From Saprolegnia diclina VS20 (taxonomy: Eukaryota): a DNA stretch of 57,910 nt. The DNA lies in the NCBI RefSeq assembly GCF_000281045.1, contig NW_008246162.1, positions 42,187-100,096 of the forward strand, given 5' to 3'. Below the pieces are notes generated by a model. That model saw nothing but the letters and a program-made list of their open reading frames with translations, was not told the DNA's origin and did no database searches. Below are positions 22,353 to 33,499 of this stretch, in pieces (the stretch's first letter is position 1; each line of letters starts with the position of its first letter). Position numbers and translations under genes: made by a program.

Positions 22353-22386
22353 GTTAGACGCACATCATGGCAAGCTAGAATCGTCT

Positions 22387-23460
22387 TTACATGCGCTGCT
22401 GCTCGGGCTCGGGCTCGCCGTTCTTGAGGGCAATAGCCCAGCTCAGCGCTGGCGTGAGCGTTGTCTTGTCGTCACTGACAGCAAAGGCCATATGCCCCGC
22501 AAACATGAGTGCGTCATAGGGCGTGCCGTTGTCGTCAATCTTGACGTCGACAGTAAGGTACCCTGGCGGGATGTCGCTCGTATCGACGATCGGGAACTCG
22601 CTCTCGACGTCCTCGCCGTAGTACAAGTGCACTGTCTTCTTATCGCCTTGCCACTTGCCGTCCTCGTTGAACGCGCAAAAGACGCTGAGCCAGCCGCTGA
22701 TGTAGCTTGGACCAGAGCCCCCGCCGATGCGGTGGCAGATGCGGTTCCAAAAGTCAGCGTCGGCATGGCCCTTGGCAGCGACGACAAATTGATCGAGAAT
22801 CGGTGCCAGCATTACCGACCACTCGGACAACGGCCCGCCAAATGTCTTAAACTTGTCGACGCGGGTGCGGATATCTTCCCAGTCGACAACGGTACCCTCC
22901 AGCGTCACTTCGGGGATACCGCAGCAAAGACCAAACTTGTAGCTGAAGTACTTCTTCATCGACGCCATGAGCACGACGCTGGCGACGATCGTGTCGTGGT
23001 CCGTTGTTGTCGAGAAGGCGGGAAGCACCCACTCCTTGAGCGCCGGTTCCACGAGATGCTCTTCCATTTGGTCGATCATTTGCTTGGACAGCTGCCCAAA
23101 GTCGACCGTGTAGAGACTACCGGCAGTGGTGACGACGAGCTCCTTCTGGCCGTCGTGCTTGACGAGCAACGATCGGAGCTCTTCGGCGTTGCCGTTCACG
23201 TACAAGCCAAACTGGACCATGATCGCGAGCCAGATGTCGTCCGGTCGAAGCACGAGGTTGTGGTGGCGATTGTAAGCCTGGATAGCACCGCGGACGAAGC
23301 CACTCGTCGACGCGGCCACCGCGACCTTCACGGGCGTCGCTTGGATGATGTCCTTGCAGCCTTCCTTCTTGAACTCCTTGCATGACGTGATCGGTACATT
23401 TTGGCTGACCTCGCCGTTGTAGGCAGAGAGTTCGACGGACGAGACGGCAAAGGTAACCAT
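22387..23460 (-). CDS. DUF4419 family protein (intronless)
   Basis: GFVRGAIQAYNRHHNLVLRPDDIWLAIMVQF, FSTTT, CGIPEVTLEGTVVDW, GSGPSYISGW. Confidence 0.88.
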   Translation of the reverse strand: MVTFAVSSVELSAYNGEVSQNVPITSCKEFKKEGCKDIIQATPVKVAVAASTSGFVRGAIQAYNRHHNLVLRPDDIWLAIMVQFGLYVNGNAEELRSLLVKHDGQKELVVTTAGSLYTVDFGQLSKQMIDQMEEHLVEPALKEWVLPAFSTTTDHDTIVASVVLMASMKKYFSYKFGLCCGIPEVTLEGTVVDWEDIRTRVDKFKTFGGPLSEWSVMLAPILDQFVVAAKGHADADFWNRICHRIGGGSGPSYISGWLSVFCAFNEDGKWQGDKKTVHLYYGEDVESEFPIVDTSDIPPGYLTVDVKIDDNGTPYDALMFAGHMAFAVSDDKTTLTPALSWAIALKNGEPEPEQQRM

Positions 23461-23481
23461 GCTGCTCGATCGGGCACGGAC

Positions 23482-23496
23482 GATTGGTAAATGAGC
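23482..23496 (-). promoter_or_regulatory. Oomycete initiator (INR)-like core promoter of the DUF4419 gene
   Basis: Minus strand GCTCATTTACCAATC about 22 nt upstream of the ATG resembles the oomycete GCTCATTY INR. Similar TCATT motifs precede LAMTOR3, mL41, Tim23 and aminopeptidase P. Confidence 0.55.
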
Positions 23497-24003
23497 CCCT
23501 CAGACCAGCCGAGGCCATGCAGCATACATTCTGTCGGCCAAGATTTAGCAAATGATTGTCACTGGTGTGAGAAAATCAAAATCATCCACGTGGGCGTGTG
23601 GACCGAGTGGCGTACTCGCATGGATGACGTTCGTCGGCCAAGAGCAGCGCGCGGTCAAAAGTAAGTACGTTTCTGAAAGTTTACTTCAGCTACTAACGCT
23701 GAGTTCGGAATACCAGGCCCTTGGGTTGTTTTCGCGCATATTGGTGTTTGGTGTGCTTTTCGTGTTTTAGGTGTGAAATGACGTGGCAGCGCGTGCCACA
23801 GAAGAGTGATTGTCGAGCGCACCCAACCAGTGCATCCAGGCTTGCCTGCCGACGAGGCTGCCACAAGCAACCAGCCGCGCGTTTGCTGATCGAGAGCTTT
23901 TTGTAAAACTTCAACTGATTCTCCTCTCTGACATGGGTTTGCTACAATACATCAGTGTTTGCCCAAACCGGTGCCCCTCAGGAGACCGATTAAAGGCCCC
24001 ACC

Positions 24004-24092
24004 TCACTACAAGCGCGACTGGGATTGCAAAGTCAGCTACACTAAGCTTAGTATTGTAGTTGACTTCGCAACCCCAGTTGAGCTTGTAGTGA
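24004..24092. repeat. About 90-nt imperfect palindrome (foldback)
   Basis: tcactacaagcgcgactgggattgcaaagtcagctacactaag pairs with cttagtattgtagttgacttcgcaaccccagttgagcttgtagtga around a central AAGCTT. Confidence 0.85.
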
Positions 24093-24386
24093 TGAGAGCT
24101 GCACCAATGGTTCGGTATCCTCGGTATCGGTCGGTGCGCCCGTGATTGCTCGACGAAAGGCAAAAACAACCCTGACGTAGTACGCTGCGAAGACTACGTG
24201 CTGCGATAAACTTCTCACTACAACATGTACGCATAGACGTAAATTATCGACCATCGTGCAAGTTTGCGCACCCGTGTGCGCTTGACATGAGTGACACTAT
24301 TCGATGTTCATACATGACTTCGGTAATGCTGCAGTCTGAATCTGAAATAGTGTGAAGTCATTTTCGCATCGTCCATTTCCAGCACC

Positions 24387-24965
24387 ATGTCGGAGGCCGG
24401 TGTCGAAGAGGTACCTCCGTACGACTGTCCGTCGTCATGACTGCTCACGCGTGGACGTAGAAGTTGCGCGTGCTCCTCGAGCGGTAGCCTAGGCTTGCGT
24501 TCTCGGCGCCCATATCTTGAACCATCGTAGGTACGAATCGCTCACGGCGATCCTCGTCTCGACGTCCGAGGGCGTCCCGCTCCTGCGCGGTGCGTACAAT
24601 GCGCCGTTGATTCAGGACCTGATTCGCCGTAGTTGAGCCCGAGGGCGAAGCTGAGCACCCGCTTGAGGATGCTGAGACGGTACTTCCGAGCGTCTTTGCT
24701 GCCGCCGCCGAGCAGGTTGGGTCTCGGTGCTGGATGTGACGACCAAAGTTTCTGCTAGGCGGGGAAGCTCCAGTTTGGCGCAATGAAGTCTGTCACGTGC
24801 TTTTTCGACGACACGGTGCTTATTCATCTGAACCACCTTCCGCTCGTGACGACGCTCATTGCTCAAGACACGGCGACCGTCGGTGCGTTTCTCGACTTGG
24901 CGGACGATCTTCAAGTGCTCTTAACACCGCTGAAGAAGGCAGTCGAGGCCTCCGAGGGCCATTAA
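24387..24965 (+). CDS. LAMTOR3: Ragulator complex subunit LAMTOR3/MP1-like; five exons
   Basis: Spliced MSEAGVEE|KLRVLLER|YESLTAILVSTSEGVPLLR|...SVFAAAAEQ|AGKLQFGAMKSVTCFFDDTVLIHLNHLPLVTTLIA matches the LAMTOR3 pattern AIVVSDRDGVP...FALATDQGSKL...NRLPLVVSFIA. Confidence 0.85.
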
Positions 24966-24998
24966 GCTTGACTCTAATGCCTTAAATACCCTATCGTT

Positions 24999-26390
24999 CT
25001 ACGCCACAAGCTGCCGGTCGTCCGAAGGCTTGGTGGCATGTTTGCGTGGGCTCAGAGGCTGGTGGTGAAGCAGAGGTCTAGTGTCGTCAACATCGTCGTC
25101 GGCATCGCTGTCGGCGTCCAGCGTCGTCATTGTCTCTTCGAGCACATTGAGCTTGTCATTGCTATTTTTTGGCTTGAGGCTCCGAAGCAGACTAGGAGCT
25201 TTCTGGGTGTCGGCCGGCCGGAGCTCAAAGCCGTGCTTCAGACACTGCCACTCGACACGAAAGCAGTTCCACATGCAGCGCCGAAGGACTTCTGCGACTT
25301 GCATGACCACCTTGAACTCGGCGCCGACGAGGTCGACCCACTCCCAGTTGGACGTTGCCCAAAGAATGCGAAGGCCGCCGTCGACACCCATCGCGACGTA
25401 ATACACAAACGGGCTCTTGTAGTGGAGCTCCTGACGCAGGTATGGGTAGTGCTGCACTGGCGTGACGACGTGGCTCTCGAGGTCTCGGCTCGGCGCGGGA
25501 GCTGGTTGGCAAAGCCCCCAGTCCATGACGACGTCCCAGAAGAACGAGTAGAGTGAGTTACAGCACGCACATAGTAGGAACATGGTCTGTCCGTCGAGGA
25601 CGAGAAAGCTCGTACTTGCAGGTGCTGTGCCGAAGATCGCAGGGAGCGCGCCGACGACGATGACGCCGAGGCCCGTGCCGTACTTGAACGTGTTGAGGAG
25701 ATGCAAGAACTTGTCGTTGGCGAGGGGTGCGCGGCGATAGGAGATGAGACATTGTGTCGCGCGAATGAGGTACGGCCACGCTGCGCAGAGATACGGCAGC
25801 GGGTGTGGCTTCATCTTGGCGTCGTACCAGTCGGAATGGCGCCCGTCCAGTGACTCCATGAGCATGAGGACGCCGACCGCAACGTCGTAAAAGACCTTGG
25901 ACATGGACGTGAGCCCATCGGCGAGAAAGACTTCGACAAATGGCGTCTCGGTCATTGGCAGTCGCAGCGTCGCTGTGCCCTTCCAAGAGAGCGGAAACAC
26001 GCATTTGTAGAGCTTCTTGCCGAGGAACATGCGCGCACGCCGGTGTAAGACATCAAACGGCGCGAAGAGCAAGAGCAGCACGACGAGGCAGTAGAAGACG
26101 AGCGCGACCTCGTGGAACTTGGCCATAACAAGCACGAGGCTGCGGCGAAAGGCGATGTAGAGCAGCCCGAGTATGGCAAAGAGGAGCGCTGCAAAGGAGC
26201 CGAGGCCGCACGCCGTCGGGAGGTCGCCGTCCTTGGCACCCATGACGCGCTCGAGCGGGAAGCCCATGCGCTGGAATACATAGAGGTTTCCGGCAGTGCC
26301 CAGCAGGAAGACGTTGACCGCGAGCGGTCCGCCGAAGAAGGACGCGACCTCCGATGGCATGGCAAAGAGTGGCTTCTCCGGTAACGTCAT
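24999..26390 (-). CDS. EXS-domain membrane protein (ERD1/XPR1/SYG1 family, no SPX domain seen)
   Basis: FVEVFLADGLTSMSK, HLLNTFKY, YSFFWDVVMDWGL, EVLRRCMWNCFRVE. Confidence 0.92.
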   Translation of the reverse strand: MTLPEKPLFAMPSEVASFFGGPLAVNVFLLGTAGNLYVFQRMGFPLERVMGAKDGDLPTACGLGSFAALLFAILGLLYIAFRRSLVLVMAKFHEVALVFYCLVVLLLLFAPFDVLHRRARMFLGKKLYKCVFPLSWKGTATLRLPMTETPFVEVFLADGLTSMSKVFYDVAVGVLMLMESLDGRHSDWYDAKMKPHPLPYLCAAWPYLIRATQCLISYRRAPLANDKFLHLLNTFKYGTGLGVIVVGALPAIFGTAPASTSFLVLDGQTMFLLCACCNSLYSFFWDVVMDWGLCQPAPAPSRDLESHVVTPVQHYPYLRQELHYKSPFVYYVAMGVDGGLRILWATSNWEWVDLVGAEFKVVMQVAEVLRRCMWNCFRVEWQCLKHGFELRPADTQKAPSLLRSLKPKNSNDKLNVLEETMTTLDADSDADDDVDDTRPLLHHQPLSPRKHATKPSDDRQLVA

Positions 26391-26875
26391 CCGGATGCCT
26401 CAACCGTTACGTCGCAGGTTTCTATGAGTCGGCGGCGGCAGCAACAAGCCTGGCCAAGAGACGCGTTACCAAGTCCACAGCGCCTCCTGGTGGCCGGCTA
26501 GCAGACTTGCTCGCGGGCAGCGAGATGCGATGCGACGCGGTGGCCATGGACGCGCCAGTGGCTATCCTTGCTGGTCGCATGGACAATACGACCTGCCGCC
26601 AAGACGGCGCGTGATGCAGCGCGGGTCGTCGGCCATGTGACGTCAGGCATCATGTATTACGTGCACGCAAGGTGATCGTGGTTGCCACTTGGTCGCTTGC
26701 GCAGAATCCATGCAGAGGAGGATCGGCCGCTTCGTCGACTCAGACAGCCTCGCGTGCTTGGAAAGGCGAACAAGAGACGGCGGCAACGCATCATGTATTG
26801 TTAGGTGTACTATGAGCGTGAATAATAAACTAAGGAATAGATAGCGAAGAAAGTGACAGGGGAATAGGGCGGCCT

Positions 26876-28174
26876 TCATGCGGCCATGGTCGGGGCACCG
26901 GTGACTTTGTGCAGCTTGGGCATCATGCCGCCAGAGACAGCGGCTTGGATAATGTTTTGTACGCCGCGGGCGCTGATAAAGTTGTCTTCGAGACCGAGGA
27001 ACCGCAGCTGCGGGCAGAGCGTGCTCGACAGGAGAGCGATCACGGGCGCGACGCTGTTGTCTGTAATGATGTTGCCGCCCATGCAGAGGTACTTGAGCTG
27101 CGGACACGTCCCAGCGCCAAGCGCCTGCATGATGCGCTTCAAGCCCGACTCGCCAATGTAATTCCGGCGCAGGTCGAGGCGCGTAAGGTTCGGCACCTCG
27201 CCAGTCCGCAACAAGGCGGCAATGTCGACCGTGCCCGAGTCCGAGAAGCTGTTGCCCCCGAGCAAGAGATCTTCCAGCAGCGGCGTCGCGCCGCGCTGGA
27301 GGGCGCCGCAGAGCGCGTGGATCCCGTTGTCTCGACATGTGTTCGTAAACGACGAGACAAGGCGCAAGCGACGGAGGTTGGCACCCGCACCCATCGAAAA
27401 AGCGCTGGCGAGCTTCGAGACGACGCGCTCGCCGACATTGTCCTGCGATATGTCGAGCTCACTGCAACCCCAGGCGTGTAGCGCAACATCACTGTCCATG
27501 CAGTTGTCGTCGCTGATCTTCGATGGATTGTACACTTCGAGGCTCTCGAGGTTCTTCAATTGGACCAGGAAAGTCTCTTTCTGGAGCTCAAACGCCGATG
27601 CAAGGGCACGCACCGTCACGCGCAGCGTTAAGACGCACGTAGGTAGTAGCTGGGCGGCCTTCCTGCACACCGCGACGTGTCGAAGCGCGTCAGCGCCGTC
27701 CAGAAAGCTGTACACATGGCGGACGATATCGTCGTTGTGGCACAAGAAGACCGACGTCTCGGCGGTCGAGCTGGTCTTCCGTCGCGTAGAAGGAGAGCAC
27801 TCGTCGTCGGTGGCGGGCTCATGCATGGTCTTGCGCTTGTGCTTGGCCGTCGCAGCCTCGTGGTAGCTCAGAGACACGAGGCTCTGCAGGCGTCGGCGCA
27901 GCGTGTTGATGTCCTTGTACTCTTCAAACGATGCGGCGCGACTATAGAGGCTGAGCTCGATGCGTTTCGCGAGAGACGGCGTCTTCTCGTCCCAGACGTC
28001 GCTGGCACCCCGCGGCTTTGTGCGGCGCGTCATGGCGATGATGCGCTGCACCATGAGGCGTCGCTCGGGCAAGTCGTTGGCAGACTGCCACTGCACGAGG
28101 TCCATCGTGTAGCGGTCGACATCAGTGGCCCACGTGAGTGTCTTGGGTGTAGCGTCCAGTATTGTCGTCGCCAT
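26876..28174 (-). CDS. KIX-like domain - F-box - RNI-like LRR protein; start uncertain
   Basis: N-terminal helical module WQS..DLPERRLMVQRI...SLAKRIELSLYSRAASFEEYKDINTLRRRLQ. F-box-like DDIVRHVYSFLDGADALRHVAVCRK. LRRs LEDLLLGGNSF, LTRLDLRRNYIG and LRFLGLEDNFI. Confidence 0.75.
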   Translation of the reverse strand: MATTILDATPKTLTWATDVDRYTMDLVQWQSANDLPERRLMVQRIIAMTRRTKPRGASDVWDEKTPSLAKRIELSLYSRAASFEEYKDINTLRRRLQSLVSLSYHEAATAKHKRKTMHEPATDDECSPSTRRKTSSTAETSVFLCHNDDIVRHVYSFLDGADALRHVAVCRKAAQLLPTCVLTLRVTVRALASAFELQKETFLVQLKNLESLEVYNPSKISDDNCMDSDVALHAWGCSELDISQDNVGERVVSKLASAFSMGAGANLRRLRLVSSFTNTCRDNGIHALCGALQRGATPLLEDLLLGGNSFSDSGTVDIAALLRTGEVPNLTRLDLRRNYIGESGLKRIMQALGAGTCPQLKYLCMGGNIITDNSVAPVIALLSSTLCPQLRFLGLEDNFISARGVQNIIQAAVSGGMMPKLHKVTGAPTMAA

Positions 28175-28693
28175 TCTGGCTTGTCTGTCTCGGGTCGCGC
28201 GAGTTGGCAAATGATTGCTCTGTCCGAGTTGCTCAAAATATCGAACGCTGGAAAAACGAAAAACCCACTGGTCGTGCCACGTTTGGCCCAAAAAACGTGC
28301 CTTTAACCTGCACCTTGGAGGCGTAAAACCGATCACATTGGGTTGACTATCGGATAGCCGTGGAGATGGTGCGGAAGGTTTCGAAAGCAGCTGGTGCGAT
28401 ACAAACATCAAGTGTGGCCTGGGCGCCCAGGCCGCGCCGGTTCCGGATCACTTAGAGTTTGTATGGAAGGACCCACCAGGTGGCCGCTCCTCTTCGTTGA
28501 ACACAACGTGCGATTCCACGGTGATTTTATGGACGCGCCTATACAATTCCTCCCATGTCTTTGATTTTCCGCAATATTATATTAGCAACAGACCTGCGTA
28601 CCAGCGTATTAATATCCTGAGCGCCTTCGAATCGAAGCCACGCTGCTATAAATAGACTCGGATCCAAAGAAGATTTTATTTTATTACAAAGAT

Positions 28694-30504
28694 TCAGGCC
28701 ATCCACGCCTCGACAAGCAGGAGCGTCTCCTCCGCAACCCGCCTGTCGGCAATCCACGCCGAGAGGGCGGTCATATCAACGAGCGGGGGCGACGCAGCAG
28801 CAACTTCCGGTGGTGTTGATACCTCGGCGACGACGAGACTGTCAAAGGCGTCGGCGCAGGTGGCGCAGTGCGTGGCGTCGCCCAGCACGACCGAGACTGC
28901 TGCACGCATGCACGTGAGGTAGTAGGCTACGTGAAGATGTGTAAGCCCGACGAAGCAGCTCAGACCGACGCACCTGCCTCGGAGCCATCGTCGAACGAAA
29001 ACGTTGAGGCAAGTGCGAGCCGACGGAGGAGGGCCGGCACGTTCGCCCGTGCAATGACAAAGATTAGCAGCGGGATGAGCACGTCTGCGTTCAAAGAGTG
29101 GCACCCGAGTTGCCCAACCTCGTTGTGCATGCAATGCATGGCGGCGAGCACGGCTGTGACGACACCACCCGGTGTGACTTCGACAACGATGCGAGCGAGT
29201 GCAGCCTCGGTCGCTGGGAGGCTTCCAGCAGCGATGACGGTCGCTGGAGCGCCGAGGGTCGTCAAATCGACGCTCGAGGTGGCGTGGCCGAAATGATAGA
29301 GTTGGCGGGAAAAGCCGGGGGTCGTCTGAACCTCATAGGCTGCGGCGATCTTGGCGATGGCCGAGAAAACCGTATGGTGGACGCACATGCGGAAGGCGGA
29401 CCACGCATCCCCCTCTCCAGTCGGAAACTGAAACTCATCCTGCACCCGAAGTGCAAAATAACGTTCAAAGGCGAGGAGTGTCTTGGGCGGAGGCAGGTGC
29501 GTGACGCGAATGCCCGTGACATAGATGCGGGCCGTCGTTGCCGGGATCAAGCTCGATAGGCCGGGTACGAAGACATGGTCGAGCTCCGACGCATTATTCC
29601 CTGACTCGATCGCGAACGTTGCCTCGGCGTCCGCAAGGAGCTTCGCAGCCCAGTCACGTAATAGCCGACCGCAGCGTGTACGGGTGTCACTGACGCAGCG
29701 CCGAAATGCATTGAGGTGGGACACAGGGTATCGACCACCAGAGGACACTGCTGTTGTTGTCACAGCCTGCAGGGCACGGAGAACAGTCGCCACTTCTTTT
29801 GGCTTCGGTGCATCCACACACCCAAGCTCTTCGTCGTTCGTCGGCATCGCAAGGATGACGCTGTACGCGTGGCGCATAGCCGCTTCAAGGTGCGCTTGTC
29901 GGTGTCGCAGCATCGAATGCGGCACGTTGCTTTTGATGAGGCTCGTGACCGGCGATGTCCACTTGGCGTCCATGATGGCCTCCAAGAGATGTTGTGTCGG
30001 GGTCGAGGCAAGGGCCTGTGCGAGGTCCTCGGTGGCTTGGTGCCGCGACCGGAGCAGATCCACAACGCAAGCCTCCATATCAACTTGCAGCACCTTGTCA
30101 TGGATCATGAGCACGCTGAGAAAGCGTATCTTTTCGACGCAGGCTCGAGGAAGGCCCTCGGGCGCGAGCGGACGGAGTCGTGCGGCCCACTTCGCGGACA
30201 AGCGACGATGTCCAGCGAGTGCAGCCTCATATGAGGCCTCGCGCTCGATAAGCATCTCCATCAAATGCAGGCGGTACTCGTTGATCGTGGCCCGAGCCAT
30301 CTCGACCTCGGCGTCGTAGTCAGACGCGTGCGTGAGCCACATGGCGCTCTGGACGAGGCCAAGAAGGCGGCGGCTCCAGCTACGCTCTACTACGTGCTTT
30401 GCTGGCTTCTCATGCAGCTCGCTCGACGGCGGACCAGCAGGCAGGAAGTCGTCGAGGAGCGCGCTGACAGTTGGCCGCGGAGCGATGTTGTTCCCGTCGT
30501 CCAT
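28694..30504 (-). CDS. VPS9-domain protein (Rab5 GEF-like); intron 28927-28973
   Basis: LNADVLIPLLIFVIARAN...GSEA|AYYLTCMRAAV matches the VPS9 motifs ADxLxP and GExxYYLT. Confidence 0.82.
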
Positions 30505-31274
30505 GAGTGAGAATCGCTATCCGGTTCGAACTATATCTTTATCCGGATAAGAGAATCTTGGTGAGGGCGGGAGGCGCAGGCCTCGGCGAGCTCGACAAAC
30601 CTCCAGCATGTGCAAGCTTCCTCTGCAAGCTTCCTCTGCAGCTAGGATATACCCGAGACATGCTGTCGACTGCACTTGTGGAGTCGCTGACCAAGCGCAA
30701 GCTTCTCGAGACGCCGTTACCACGGAGAGAATCGTAGGCCTCCTTCCCAGCCAATTCGTCCACCGGGTTCAGTTCCCTGTGCACAAGCTTCTCACCGCAA
30801 CCAACCAGTGGTATTCTTGCGGTATGACCAGCTAAGGTGGCATGGACCTGCTACTCCTTCGACCTTGAGGACGTGAAACACTTCAAAGTACTGTTACAGC
30901 GCCCCCGCCTCGTTGTGTTGTTCCACTCGCCAGCTAGTGTCCGCGTAGAGAATCCGCTTGCAGATCAGAAAATGATCGTGACCATGGGGCTGCCGTGGCG
31001 GTATTGGTCTGCTGGCTCGAGGCGACGCAAGTGAAAATATGAAACGTTCGGAGCACGGACCTTGGCCGGACGTTGTCCGTCGGCTGCGTCGCTGTGTGAC
31101 GTTTGCCCTTTTAAAGTATAATACGCGCTAGGACTTGTACTAGTTGCAAATCATCGACTCTTTGCGCACTAACGTATAGTTTAGAAATTACCTTAAGGAA
31201 GTCCTACGATGGACAACCACACTTGCAGCGTTGGTACTAGCGGTTTTCTATTGGTTAACATGAGGATAAAAGAC

Positions 31275-33499
31275 TCATCGGCGCGCGTATTGCAGCGTCA
31301 GCTCGAGCACGGGAGCTTCGTCGCGCACGTTAAAGGACGCAATGCGCTCGCTAATGTCCATGCCCCAGTAGTCGACCTTCTTGTCTTCGAGCGCCGACGT
31401 CACTTGCACGCGGCACGAGAGGGTGTTCTGGCCATGCAAGACGCTTTGAAGGCGGATCGCGTAGCAGTGGCGGTTCACTGAGAGGACGGCCGCGGGCCAG
31501 CAGTAGAGCGTGAGTTCCACTGTCTGCAGGTCCTCAGGGCCGAGACGACCGACGTAGTCGCCGTACATGAAGTCCGAAACGCACGACATGGTCGTTTCGC
31601 CGTTGGCAAAGACCCGGAGGACGTGGGGGTGACCATCGAGGACAAATTCGGACCAAATCGTTGGGAAGAGTGCGTGCTCCGAGGTGATCTAGACGAGCAC
31701 GGTGAGCACTCGAACGCCCAGCAAAACAAAATACGTACGAAGAGTGACGAGCCCTGGACAATCTGCTGGACCGAGAGGCCCATGGAGAGGGCGCGAAAGA
31801 TAGTCAAGAACGACGGCGGCGACGAATCAGCGAGGAATGAAACATTCGTTGCCGTCCAGCGCCAGCGACCATCGAGAGGCGATGGCGTCGTCGTCGACGG
31901 CATCGGCGAGTTGATGGCCTATGGAGCGCCACGTCAGTCTCATCCAAATGCAAACCAAAGGCACGTACGAGGTACATCTCGCGCATCTGTGCGACAAACC
32001 ACTCGAATGCAAGCGTTGGGTGGTACGTCTGGATCTTGTGCCGGAGGAGCGAAATGTTGGGGCGCTGCGCGAGCGGGTCTTCCACGAGCCGCAGAATGTC
32101 TTGTGCCAAGTGCAGCAGCGTCGTGTCCAGCGGTGCGACGCTCGGATTGAGCGTCTCGTACGCAAAGCGTATCCACGAGAGATACTTCTTTTCGAGGTCG
32201 CGCTTGTTGAGCAAGCAGGCTGCATTCGAGCCGAAAAAGTGGCGCACGGCCGGCATGTGCGTCGTGATTTGGCTCATGAAGAGCATGCACGCAGACGCGA
32301 TCGAGGCTTCGAGGCCCTTGGCTTGCGGCGACGGAGCACGAATGAACGGACCGAAGAGCGACGTCGAGATGTTGGGTTCAGTTCCATGGAAGAAGCACTG
32401 CTGCATGGTCTCTTCAAGCATTGCGAGCTGCGCGGCAAACGCAGGCACATCGAGCGTTGAAAGGTAGTAGTAGATGATCGAAAACGCGTGCTCCATGTCC
32501 GAGATGAGCGCTGATGGCATTGCGTCTTGCTGCATGCTCATGATTGACGACGGCGGCGTCATATTTTCGTCGTCGTTGTCGGAGCCATGGCTCGAGACGC
32601 GGTAGATGCCTTCGCACTGACACTGCGCCGACGTCTTCTCGAGGTCCTCCGGCGTCTGGCGCTGGCACACCTTGCACGCGCGCCGGTATGACATGACGAT
32701 GAAGGTCGGCGATTGCGTCGTTGCGACCACCCGCAGCATCGAAACGTTGTGGTGGAAGAAGCGCTCAAAGACATAGGCCTACAATGATGGCGAGATCAGC
32801 AAAAGGCGAACTGAAACTTAATCGTACGCGAAGGCAGTGGGTCGCGCGACGCTGCTGGCGCGCAGAGCCGCCCACCCAGCGGTAGTGCCACCCAAGCGAC
32901 GACGTGGCTTTGGGACTAAACTCGTTGACGCGCACCGAGGTTTTCTATTTGCAGGGCGCATGAGCCACGGCTGCGTCAAAAGCAATGGCCTACGTCGTCA
33001 AAGACATCGTACTGGCTCGCAATCCACTCGCCGATCGCGTGTGTCTGGCGACGGAGGTTGGACAGAATTGTCTGCTCGCTGAGCGTGTCGCCGACCTGGA
33101 ACGGCCGCTCGTACGACGCCTCGAAGCGAAGGTACGTCATGGACTGCTGGACGCGGTCCGCGGGGCCGTGCACGCGAGCAACGACGGACGTGCCGCAGAC
33201 GCTGTTGAAAACGTGCGACGGGCAGCAGTGGGGAAAGCATCTACAGCAGTCGACGTTGGAGGTGTCCAAGGCAATCTCGATGCGTACCGCAGGACCTAAT
33301 ACAACGTATGAGACGGCGATGCAAGCACAAAGCTGTATTACCTTGGTACCGCCGGACCGATGCGTTCTGGAGCCATTGAGCAGCAATGAGAAGCCATCCT
33401 CGAAGAAGTGGAGTCTGCTTACCGGAGGTACTTGGCTTCAAAAATGCTGTCGCATTTGCAGTATTGCGAGAACTCGACCGAGATGGCGCTCGTCACCAT
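31275..33499 (-). CDS. Uncharacterised multi-exon protein with a KVLRCFPHCCP-x-H motif
   Basis: Exons 33423-33499, 33342-33366 and 33288-33295 (8 nt), plus downstream exons, splice with canonical GT-AG to give FEAKYLRTHRSGGTKVLRCFPHCCPSHVFNSVCG...GWHYRWVGG...HCLRAYVF...SPTFIVMSYRRACKVCQ. Confidence 0.75.

Noticed and set aside
22165..23385. 406-aa plus-strand ORF across the gap
   Set aside because: Antisense shadow of DUF4419, and it spans Ns.
30612..30640. 13-nt tandem duplication gcaagcttcctct
   Set aside because: Two copies only; ordinary slippage with no supporting context.
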